A stretch of DNA of 64,000 nt from assembly GCA_035464095.1 (NCBI GenBank), contig DATHSO010000080.1, positions 4,024 through 68,023 of the forward strand, in the 5' to 3' direction. Below are positions 30,487 through 41,400 of the stretch, one piece after another. Numbering within the stretch: position 1 is the first letter of the stretch; every line of letters begins with the position of its first letter. Position numbers and translations under genes: made by a program. Below the pieces are notes generated by a model. It saw nothing but the letters and a program-made list of their open reading frames with translations. It was not told the origin of the DNA and did no database searches. Origin of the DNA: Candidatus Methylomirabilota bacterium (lineage in GTDB: Bacteria > Acidobacteriota > Thermoanaerobaculia > Thermoanaerobaculales > Sulfomarinibacteraceae).

Positions 30487-30705
30487 TCAGCGTCTCGACT
30501 CCTTGAAGGCGGCAATGGCGGCCTGGGTGCGGCCGACCATGGCGTGGGGGGCGGGCCGGCCGCAGTCGCCCCGGCCGTCGATCGGAGTGCAGAGCATGCG
30601 GCACCAGGTGTTGCGGTGGCCGTAGAGCGGTCAGCCGAGGGTCCGGTACGGGGGCAGCGGGCGCCCGGAAGAGTTGCGCTCGGTCTCGGGTCGGAGCAGC
30701 GGCAT
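30487..30705 (-). CDS. small Cys-rich ORF interrupted by an in-frame TGA (selenoprotein candidate or pseudogene)
   Basis: GAGGAGGA lies 8 nt before the ATG at 30705. 24 codons, then TGA (30633-30631), then 47 more codons in the same frame to TGA at 30489-30487. Both halves have high third-position G/C. A hairpin follows the internal TGA. Confidence 0.3.
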
Positions 30706-30792
30706 GTCGGTGGTCCTCCTCGCAGGAACAGGAATCAGTCCTGCTGCGGTGGCCATCCTACCCGATCTCGGGGGCGGCTGTCGATTCCGGGA

Positions 30793-31002
30793 TCAGCCGG
30801 TCTTCGAGAACCGCGGGTGGTCGGGGCGGTACCAGCAGCTCTCGCACGAGCCGCCGAGCTCGCACAGGCCGAGGGGGCGCAGGCAGGTGTCGGAGTCGCC
30901 GGCGGCGCGCAGCTCGCCCACCGAGACCAGGGTCGTCTCGGCGCTGACATCGGGGCATCGCGGCGCATCGTTGGGGGGTACGGAGGCGGCGGCCGTCTTC
31001 AT
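30793..31002 (-). CDS. small Cys-rich hypothetical protein (69 aa)
   Basis: MKTAAASVPP...CLRPLGLCELGGSCESCWYRPDHPRFSKTG. 65 of 69 third positions are G/C. No clear RBS. Alternative ATG at 31020. Confidence 0.45.
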   Translation of the reverse strand: MKTAAASVPPNDAPRCPDVSAETTLVSVGELRAAGDSDTCLRPLGLCELGGSCESCWYRPDHPRFSKTG

Positions 31003-31120
31003 CGGGGAAGATCGTAGCATTGTCCGCGGAGGCCGCAGGGCCGATGATAAACTCGACGGGTCCGACCGGGCGCGAGCGGGCGCGCCGCTTTTCCGTGGGC
31101 TTCACAACCGACGCACCGAG

Positions 31121-33246
<2,126 letters not shown>

Positions 33247-33250
<4 letters not shown>

Positions 33251-33804
33251 CCCTCGTCGAGATGATCGCCGTGGCGGTCGGGCTGGCCATGGACGCCTTC
33301 GCCGTGTCCCTGGCTGGCGGCGCCGGGGGTATGCTCCGGCGGCCCCGGCCGGCGATCCGGTTGGCCTTCCACCTAGGCCTGTTCCAGTTCATGATGCCGG
33401 TGATCGGCTGGTACGGCGGTTCTCGGACCGCCCACCTGGTGGGCAGCTTCGACCACTGGGTCGCCTTTTTCCTGCTCGCCTTCGTCGGCGGCCGGATGAT
33501 CCGGTCGGGACTGCGCAGTCAGACCGAGGAGTCCTTGCCGTCGGACCCGTCGCGGGGCTGGACGCTGGTGGCGGTCAGCGTCGCCACCAGCATCGACGCC
33601 CTCGCGGTCGGGGTCAGCCTCGCCATGGTGGGGATCGACATATGGCAGCCGAGCGTGGTCATCGGCGTCGTGACCGCGACCCTGTCCCTCGTCGGTATCG
33701 CCATCGGCGGCCGAGCCGGCACGGCCCTCGGCCCCAAGGTCGAGGTTGTCGGCGGCCTCCTCCTCCTCGCGATCGGCCTCCGGATCGTCGCCGACCACCT
33801 GTGA
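33247..33804 (+). CDS. mntP: manganese efflux pump MntP-family protein
   Basis: AMDAFAVSLAGG and SIDALAVGVSLA duplicated motifs; 6 predicted helices. TTG at 33247 overlaps the kinase stop; alternative ATG at 33262. Confidence 0.75.
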
Positions 33805-33822
33805 CCGGGTCTCCTCTCGCGG

Positions 33823-34515
33823 TCAGCGACGAGGCGGTCCGCCTCGTGTCGCCGTCCGGGCCACGAAGATCGTGTGCCGGGGCCCCTTGGCGGCCCGGCG
33901 CGCGTGGACCGAGCGGACCTGCACCGAGAAGCCGGCCCGGCGCAGGGCGCGCTCGAAGGGGGCGTCGGGCTCGGCCGACCAGACCCCGAGGATGCCCGCC
34001 GGCTTGAGGCTTCGTCGGACGGCGGCCAGCCCCCGAGCCGTGTAGAGGCCGGCATTGCGCCGGTCGGTCAGCGCCGACGGGCCGTTGTCCACGTCGAGGA
34101 GGATGGCGTCGAAGGTCCGCGTCCGCGCCGCCATGATCTCGGCGACGTCGGTTTCGACCAGTAGGACCCTGGGGTCGTCCAGGGGGTGGCCGGCGAGGTG
34201 GCCGAGGTGGTCGCGATTCCAGCGCACGACATCGGGCAGCAGCTCGGCCACCATGACCCGTCCGTCCATGGGCATCGCGTCGAGCACCGCCCGCAGGGTG
34301 AAGCCCATGCCGAGGCCGCCCACCAGCACCGTCGGCCGGCGGCTCCGGACCTCGGCCAGCACCGAGGTGGCCAGAACCTCCTCCGAGCCGTGGGCGCGGC
34401 TCGACATGAGCTCGAGGCCGCCGACCCGGATCGTGAACACCCCGTCGCGCTGGTACAGCACGAGCTCCTGGCCGTCCGGCGTCGCCACCCGGTCGATCAG
34501 CCGCTGCGGGATCAC
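33823..34515 (-). CDS. spermidine-synthase-like class I methyltransferase-fold protein
   Basis: VLVGGLGMGFTLRAVLD ... DAILLDVDNGP pattern of polyamine aminopropyltransferase-like proteins. Confidence 0.6.
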   Translation of the reverse strand: MIPQRLIDRVATPDGQELVLYQRDGVFTIRVGGLELMSSRAHGSEEVLATSVLAEVRSRRPTVLVGGLGMGFTLRAVLDAMPMDGRVMVAELLPDVVRWNRDHLGHLAGHPLDDPRVLLVETDVAEIMAARTRTFDAILLDVDNGPSALTDRRNAGLYTARGLAAVRRSLKPAGILGVWSAEPDAPFERALRRAGFSVQVRSVHARRAAKGPRHTIFVARTATRGGPPRR

Positions 34516-34653
34516 CGTGACGTCCTCGACCGCGGCAAGAACCTGCGGCCCTGGCAGGGCCTCCGAGCCGATCGTGATCTTCCTGCGATGGTCCTGCTCT
34601 CCTCGAGAGAAATTCTGAGCGGCGGGCGGTCCGACCGCCCGCCGCTCAGAATT

Positions 34654-35223
34654 TCAGTGGATCTCGTCCACGCCCTGCTTGGCGCGCTCGATCTGGGCCC
34701 GGATCGTGGGCCCGGCCCAGCTCACCGGCCCGCGGGCCTGCCAGGCCAGGAAGCCCTCCGGGTCGAAGACCAGGGTCTCGGGGATCCGACGCACCCCGCA
34801 CAGGTCGCCGGTCCTGGCGTTCTCGTCGAGGTAGAGGAACGCCTCTGGGAGCTCGGCCGCGCGGGCCGCCTCCCTGACGACCTCCCACGACGGCGCCTGG
34901 GCGATGAGCAGGACCTCGACGTCCTCGTCGTCCGCCGTCCGGACGGCGAAGTCGGCCGCCGCCCGCTGCTCGCCGAGGTCCGGCCGCTGCGGGTCGAACC
35001 AGTGCAGCACCAGGACCTTGCCCGGCCGGCCCACGAGGTTGCGGCGGTCGCCGTCGGCGGCCTCGAGCCACAGGAAGCCGCCGGCGTTGAGCTTGGCGAT
35101 GGCGTGGTCGTGGTCCGCGTGGCGGGGCGGGGTCAGGGCGAAGAACATGTTGTAACCGACGACGGCCGCAGCGACGACGAGGGCCGCGCCGAGAATCAGG
35201 CGGTTGCGGGTGGTCGCGTTCAT
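34654..35223 (-). CDS. membrane-anchored TlpA/redoxin-like thioredoxin-fold protein lacking the CxxC motif
   Basis: ORF trimmed to the ATG at 35223 (MNATTRNRLILGAALVVAAAVV). GKVLVLHWFDPQRPDLGEQ sits where TlpA-type proteins have WATWCxPC. Confidence 0.55.
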   Translation of the reverse strand: MNATTRNRLILGAALVVAAAVVGYNMFFALTPPRHADHDHAIAKLNAGGFLWLEAADGDRRNLVGRPGKVLVLHWFDPQRPDLGEQRAAADFAVRTADDEDVEVLLIAQAPSWEVVREAARAAELPEAFLYLDENARTGDLCGVRRIPETLVFDPEGFLAWQARGPVSWAGPTIRAQIERAKQGVDEIH

Positions 35224-35251
35224 GGACGCGAGAATACCAGATGACCCCCCT

Positions 35252-35396
35252 CCACTTGACAAACTCTTCCACAGCGTGCCAGGTACGGCGACTTGACAAA
35301 CTGAGCATGGACGCAGCGGCAACAGGCGGCGCGGGGAGTTTGTCAAGTTGCCGTACCTGGCACCGTCAGGGGGGAGTTCGTCAAGTCGCGGTGGTG
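35252..35396. repeat. 88-bp palindromic element (35276-35363) nested between partial arms of a second copy
   Basis: Inner arms gtgccaggtacggcgacttgacaaact / agtttgtcaagttgccgtacctggcac (26/27) around a 34-nt loop. Outer half-arms ccacttgacaaactc (35252-66) and gagttcgtcaagtcgcggtgg (35374-94). Confidence 0.8.
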
Positions 35397-35415
35397 TGCC
35401 GCGGGGTCCGGGGTG

Positions 35416-35763
35416 TCAGCTCGGGATGACGGCGTTGCGGTGGTCGACGAGGACGATGGTGGGCCGGTGGCCGGCGCCCTCGGTCTCGTCGACGATCCCG
35501 TAGCAGGCGATGATGACGACGTCGCCGGGCTGGACGAGCCGGGCGGCGGCGCCGTTGACGCAGATCTCGCCCTCACCGCCGAGGATGACGTAGGTGGCGA
35601 AGCGGGCGCCGGTGGTGCAGCTGTAGACCTCGACCCGCTCGAACTCGTGGATGCCGGCGGCGCGGCACAGCTCGCGGTCGACGGTGATGGAGCCCTCGTA
35701 GGCGAGGTTGGCGTCGGTCACCGTGGCGCGGTGGATCTTGGACTTGAGGACGGTGATCTGCAT
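35416..35763 (-). CDS. panD: aspartate 1-decarboxylase
   Basis: [29 protein letters not shown] with the GS self-processing site. Confidence 0.92.
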   Translation of the reverse strand: MQITVLKSKIHRATVTDANLAYEGSITVDRELCRAAGIHEFERVEVYSCTTGARFATYVILGGEGEICVNGAAARLVQPGDVVIIACYGIVDETEGAGHRPTIVLVDHRNAVIPS

Positions 35764-36525
35764 TCAGTTGCCTCCCAGGGGCAGGTTGTCGATGAGGCGG
35801 ATGCCCTCGAGGTGGACGGCACCGAAGCGGCGGCCGCCGTGGTCCTCGACGTAGTCGACCTCGAAGCCGACGGCCTCGAGACGCCGGCGTGCGGACTCGG
35901 CGTCGTTCGACGAGGCGAGCAGGCGCGGGAAGTCGGCGGCGAGGCTCCGGGCAGACCGCGACAGCCGGGCGTTGCGCGAGCTCAGGGCTAGGCCGTCCGG
36001 CGCGCGGACGGTGGGGCAGGGGACCACGTCCACAGGCAGCAGGAAGGCCTCGACCATCCCTCTCACCAGCTCGAGCTGCTGGTAGTCCTTCTCGCCGAAG
36101 TAGGCGCGGTCGGGCCGGACCAGGTTGAGCAGCTTGAGGACCACCGTCAGCATGCCGTCGAAGTGGTTGGGCCGGTGCGCTCCCTCCATGATCCCGCTGA
36201 GCTTTGCCTCGGTGACCCGGTAGCGGTAGTCGTCGGGGTACATGGCCTCGTGCGACGGCGCCAGCACCAGGTCCGCGCCGGCCCGCCCGGCGGCCTCGCA
36301 GTCCCGCTCGAGGTCGCGCGGGTAGGCCTCGAGGTCGCCCCGGTCGTCGAACTGTGGTGCGTTGACGAAGATGGTGACCACGGTACGGTCGGTTTCCCGC
36401 CGGCTGCGGTCGATGAGCGACAGGTGGCCGTCGTGGAGGGCACCCATGGTAGGCACGATGCCGACGCTGCCGACCAGGCCGGTCCGCACCCGGCGCCACT
36501 CCCCGAGATCGGTGACCAGCCTCAT
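35764..36525 (-). CDS. panC: pantoate--beta-alanine ligase
   Basis: VPTMGALHDGHLSLI HIGH-type motif. Immediately adjacent to panD. Confidence 0.9.
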   Translation of the reverse strand: MRLVTDLGEWRRVRTGLVGSVGIVPTMGALHDGHLSLIDRSRRETDRTVVTIFVNAPQFDDRGDLEAYPRDLERDCEAAGRAGADLVLAPSHEAMYPDDYRYRVTEAKLSGIMEGAHRPNHFDGMLTVVLKLLNLVRPDRAYFGEKDYQQLELVRGMVEAFLLPVDVVPCPTVRAPDGLALSSRNARLSRSARSLAADFPRLLASSNDAESARRRLEAVGFEVDYVEDHGGRRFGAVHLEGIRLIDNLPLGGN

Positions 36526-37313
36526 GAGAAGCTCTCCTCGTCGCTCGGGAAGGCGCCGGCCTTGACGTCCCGGTCGTAGGCCTCGAGGGCCTCCCTGATC
36601 AGGGAGTGGCCGTCGAGGTAGGTGCGCACGAATCGTGGGCGGAAGCTCGGGTCCACGCCGAGCAGGTCCTGGAGCACGAGCACCTGGCCCGAGGTGTGGG
36701 GCCCGGCGCCGATGCCGATGGTCGGGATGTGGAGGGCCTCGGTGACCTCACGGGCCAGGGTGGACGGCACGCACTCCAGCACCAGGGCGAAGCAGCCCGC
36801 CTCCTGGAGGGCGAGGGCGTCCTCGAGGAGCTTGGCCGCGGCGGCGTGGTCGCGGGCCTGGACCCGGAAGCCTCCGAGCTTGTGGATCGACTGGGGCGTC
36901 AGCCCGAGGTGGCCCATGACCCCGACCCCCGACTCGACCACGTGGCGGATGGTCTCGATGTTGCCGTCGGCGCCCTCGAGCTTCACCGCCTGGGCGCCGG
37001 CCCGGACCAGCCGTTCGACGGCGGTCACGGTCTCGGCCAGGCCCTTGCGGTGGGCGAGGAAGGGCATGTCGGCGATGATCCGCCCCTCCGGAGCGCCCCG
37101 GCGGACGGCGGCGGTGTGCAGGCACATCATGTCGAGGTCGGCGGGGATGGTCGTGGTGTGGCCGTGCACGACCATGGCGACGCTGTCGCCGACCAGGATC
37201 AGGTCGATGTCGGTGGCGGCGATGATGCGCGCGCTCCAGCTGTCGTAGCAGGTCACCATGGTGATGCGGCGGCCGGCGGCGGCGGCGGCGAGGATGTCGG
37301 CCGGGGTGTTCAT
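36522..37313 (-). CDS. panB: 3-methyl-2-oxobutanoate hydroxymethyltransferase
   Basis: ORF trimmed to the ATG at 37313. ITMVTCYDSWSARI...ILVGDSVAMVVHGH...KLEGG-like motifs. Overlaps panC by 4 nt. Confidence 0.9.
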   Translation of the reverse strand: MNTPADILAAAAAGRRITMVTCYDSWSARIIAATDIDLILVGDSVAMVVHGHTTTIPADLDMMCLHTAAVRRGAPEGRIIADMPFLAHRKGLAETVTAVERLVRAGAQAVKLEGADGNIETIRHVVESGVGVMGHLGLTPQSIHKLGGFRVQARDHAAAAKLLEDALALQEAGCFALVLECVPSTLAREVTEALHIPTIGIGAGPHTSGQVLVLQDLLGVDPSFRPRFVRTYLDGHSLIREALEAYDRDVKAGAFPSDEESFS

Positions 37314-38020
37314 GGCGTCTCCAGGTGGGCGTCGGCGAGGGCCCGGTAGACCGCCCGGTAGGGGTCGCCGCAGAGGGCGTCCAGGTTGCGCTCGATGGTC
37401 CGCCGGTCGCCGCGGGCGAGGGGCCCCGTGAGCGGGTCGTCGGAGGCGGCGAGGTTCGCGGCCACCCTCTCGAGGTACGGCAGCAGGGCCTCGCGCGGCA
37501 GGCCGAGGCGCTCGAAGCCGGCGAAGGCCCTGCGCCACAGGAGGGTCGTGCCGTTGCCGGCGAGCACGCACAGCGCGTGGTAGAGGGCCCTGTCGGCGGG
37601 GTCGACGGCGAAGCTCGGGTTGCCGAGGCCAGGGAACAGCTCGCCGAATGGCCGCCGTCCGCGCTCGCACACGAAGGGCACCCGCCGGTAGGTGTGGAGG
37701 TCGTAGGGCTCGGGGCCGAAGGCCATCAGGGGGTGCGCGCCCTCGGCCGACGACGTCGACAGGCTCCCCGAGCAGTGGATCCAGAGCCGGCGGTCGCCGT
37801 CGCGGTGGCGCTCGAGGAAGCCCTCGATGGCGTCGTCGGAGATCAGCAGCGCGACCCGCTCAGCGCGGTCGCGGACCTCCTCGAAGGGGACGACGGTGCC
37901 GCGGCGCCACGTCGAAAACGGCACGCCCTCGAGGCCGAGGTAGCGGCCGAGGTGACGGGCCAGCCGGCCGTTGCCGACCAGCAGCAGGGGGGAGTGCTCG
38001 GTTTCTGGTACCTGTCCCAT
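37310..38020 (-). CDS. Rossmann + DUF2520-like protein, candidate PanG-type ketopantoate reductase
   Basis: First gene of the pan operon, overlapping panB by 4 nt. N-terminal LLLVGNGRLARHLG dinucleotide-binding-like motif. Family assignment is from memory only. Confidence 0.45.
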   Translation of the reverse strand: MGQVPETEHSPLLLVGNGRLARHLGRYLGLEGVPFSTWRRGTVVPFEEVRDRAERVALLISDDAIEGFLERHRDGDRRLWIHCSGSLSTSSAEGAHPLMAFGPEPYDLHTYRRVPFVCERGRRPFGELFPGLGNPSFAVDPADRALYHALCVLAGNGTTLLWRRAFAGFERLGLPREALLPYLERVAANLAASDDPLTGPLARGDRRTIERNLDALCGDPYRAVYRALADAHLETP

Positions 38021-38176
38021 GGATCAAGTCCGTCGCTCGTCGGTCGTTTCTCGCGCTCACGGTCGCCGTTGCCGGCAATCGGCGCCGCAGGCCCGACTCT
38101 ACGGCAGTCCCCGCCGAAGCGCAAGCGAGGCGAGGCCCCGGGGGGTGGCCGTGCCGGCGGTCGGGGGGCGGTCAGG

Positions 38177-38206
38177 GACAGTGGCAGTGGCAGTGACAGT
38201 GACGAG
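38177..38206. repeat. hexamer microsatellite (GRCAGT)n
   Basis: gacagt ggcagt ggcagt gacagt gacgag. An inverted partial partner cactgtcacggtcactg lies at 38357-38373. Confidence 0.65.
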
Positions 38207-38405
38207 ATGACTCAGCGCCAGCAAGCAGCGGCAGACGTCCGGCCGACAGCCCGGCCCTCTCCGTTCCCCTTTCCCGACGAATCCGGTATCGCAAGGGAGT
38301 GGGAGAAGGAGAGGGAGAGGGAAAGGTCGACGACCGCAGCGGGGTGGGCGACAGCCCACTGTCACGGTCACTGCTATTGTGGACGCCCGTGCAAGGAGGG
38401 CCGCC

Positions 38406-41400
38406 ATGCGCCGATCCCTGGTGACGCTCGCACTCGTCGCGTTGCTCGTTCCTGTGATCCCGGTCGCTGCCGCCGAGGTGCCGGAGGAGCTCCTGGACTC
38501 CATGTCGTTCCGGCTGGTGGGGCCGTTCCGGGGGGGGCGCGTGACGGCGGTGACCGGTGTGATCGGAGACCCCATGGCCTACTACATGGGCTCCACCGGG
38601 GGCGGCGTCTGGAAGACCACCGATGCCGGCCTGAGCTGGCGCAACGTCTCGGACGTGGTCCGCGAGCTCGAGCCCGAAGACCGGCCCCGGGTGATGGGCC
38701 AGGTCGACCCGGAGCTCGCCGAGGCGGGGGTGGTGCGGCCCCCCGTGGGCGGGCTGCCGCCGGCCCCGAAAGTGGAGCGGCGGGCCGGTGACGTCTTCGG
38801 CAGCGCCTCCGTCGGTGCGGTCGCGGTGGCGCCTTCGGATTCCAACGTGGTCTGGGTCGGCATGGGCTCTGCCTGCCCGCGCGGCAACATCTCCCCCGGT
38901 GACGGGGTCTACCGGTCGACCGACGCCGGCGACAGCTGGCGCCACGCGGGCCTCGCCGAGGCCGGCCAGATCGGCGACATCGCCATCCACCCGAGCGACC
39001 CGGACATCGTCTACGTCGCGGTTCTCGGCAACATCTTCGCGCCCAGCCCCGAGAGGGGGGTCTTCCGGACCATCGACGGCGGCCTGAGCTGGGCGAAGGT
39101 CCTGTTCGTTTCCGAGGACGCCGGCGCCGTCGACCTCGCCATGGACCCGAGCAACCCGCGGGTGCTCTACGCCGCCACCTGGCAGGCGCGGCGCTCGCCC
39201 TGGGACATGGAGTCGGGCGGGCCCGGAAGCGGCCTGTTCAAGACCACGGACGGCGGCAACACCTGGCGGCGCCTCCACCAGGGGCTGCCCGAGGGCGACC
39301 TGGGCAGGATCGCGGTCGCGGTCTCCGGCGCCTTCCCGAAGCGGGTGTGGGCCCTGGTCGAGCACGAGGAAGGCGGGCTCTTCCGCTCCGACAACGGCGG
39401 CGCGAGCTTCCGCCTGGTCAACGCCAACCGGGAGCTTCGCCAGCGCGCCTGGTACTACACCCACATCGAGGCCGACCCGGCCGATGCCAACACCGTGTAC
39501 GCGCTCAACGTCGCCATGTGGCGCTCCGACGACGGCGGCGCGAACTTCCGACCCATTCGCACTCCCCACGGCGACAGCCACGCGCTGTGGATCAACCCCG
39601 ACGACCCGGCGAACATGATCGAGGGCAACGACGGCGGCGCCAACGTCAGCTTCGACGGCGGCCGCTCGTGGTCGCCCCAGTCCAACCAGCCGACCGCCGA
39701 GCTCTACCGGGTGACGGTGGACGATCAGCAACCCTACTGGCTGTACAGCGGCCAGCAGGACAACACGGCCGTGGCCATTCCGAGCCGAACCGCCGGCGGC
39801 GGCATCGAGCGGGAGCACTGGTACGCCCCGGCGGGCTGCGAGTCCGCCACCGTGGCGGTGGACCCGCGGGACCCCGACATCACCTACGGCGGCTGCTACG
39901 GCGGCTCCCTGAGCCGCTACGACCGCGAGCTCGGCCACGCCCAGGAGATCATGCCGTGGCCCGAGCTGGCGGTGGGCCAGCAGCCCGCCGACCTGCGCTA
40001 CCGCTTCCAGTGGAACGCGCCGGTGCGGATCTCGCCCCACGACCCGGGCGTGCTCTACCACTGCTCGAACGTGGTCCACCGCAGCCGCGACCAGGGCCTC
40101 ACCTGGGAGGTCGCGAGCCCCGACCTGACCCGCGACGACGAGTCGAAGCAGGGCTTCGCGGGCGGACCGATCACCCGGGACAACACCGGCGTCGAGGTCT
40201 TCGGCACCATCTTCGCCTTCGAGGAGTCGCCGCACCGTGCCGGCCTGCTGTGGGCGGGCAGCGACGACGGCCTCGTCCACCTGTCCCGGGACAACGGCGC
40301 CACCTGGGAGAACATCACCCCTTCCGGGATGCCGGAGTGGGGCACCGTCAACGCCATCGAGCTGTCGGCCCACGACGAGGGCCGGGCCTTCCTCGCCGTC
40401 CACCGCTACCGGACGGGGGACCCCCGCCCGTACGTCTTCCGCACCGACGACCTCGGCGCCACCTGGGTGTCGCTGGCCGACGGCGGCAACGGCATCCCCG
40501 CCGACCACTGGGTGCGGGTGGTGCGCGAGGACCCGGAGCGGCGAGGGCTGCTCTACGCGGGCACCGAGTTCGGGCTCTACGTCTCCCTCGACGACGGGGC
40601 GAGCTGGCAGCCCCTGCAGCTCGACCTGCCGGTCACGCCGATCACCGACCTCGCCGTCAAGCGCGGCGATCTGGTGGTCGCGACCCAGGGGCGGTCGTTC
40701 TGGATCCTCGACGACCTCAGCCCCCTGCGCCAGATGACCCCCGAGGTCGAAGCCGTGGGCCGCCACCTCTTCGAGCCGCGCGCCGCGGTGCGCTGGGCTG
40801 ACGGCGGCGGCGGGTGGGGCTCGTCGGGCGGCGACAACCCGCCCTACGGCGCCATCATCCACTACCTGCTTCCCGAGGGCGTCGACGACGAGGACGCCGA
40901 GGAGGTCGTGCTCGAGATTCTGGACGCCTCCGGTGAGGTGCTGCGCACCATGTCCAGCTCGACCCCCGAGAAGCGCGCCCCGAGCATCTGGCGCAAGCTC
41001 TTCCCCGAGCTCGCCGAGCCCGCCCTCCTCGACGCCGAGCCGGGGGCGAACCGCTGGGTCTGGAACCTCCGCCTCGCGGACGCCGAGCTGGTTGACGAGG
41101 CGGTGGTCTGGGGGTCGGCTGCGGGCCCCCGGGTGCCGCCCGGCCGCTACCGGGCGCGCCTGACGGTGGGGGAGTGGAGCGAGACGGTGGGCTTCGAGGT
41201 GGCGCCCGACCCGCGCATCCCCTTCGACCCGGAGGCCGCTGAGACCCGCTCCGAGCTCGCCCGCGGAATCTGGAGCGAGCTCACGCGCTCGCACCGGCTG
41301 GTCGCCCGCGCGCAGGGCCTGCGCGAGCGGGTCTCGGCCTGGGCGGAGCGCACCGACGACGAGACCGCGGCGACCCTCGCCGAGCAGATCACCGAAGCCC

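Noticed and set aside
30631-30633. Genome-wide reassignment of TGA (code 4 or 25) as an explanation for the in-frame TGA
   Set aside because: Many confidently identified genes here (metH, recA, ligA, lon, panC and others) end at TGA at the expected protein length, and the genome is very GC-rich, so standard code 11 applies.
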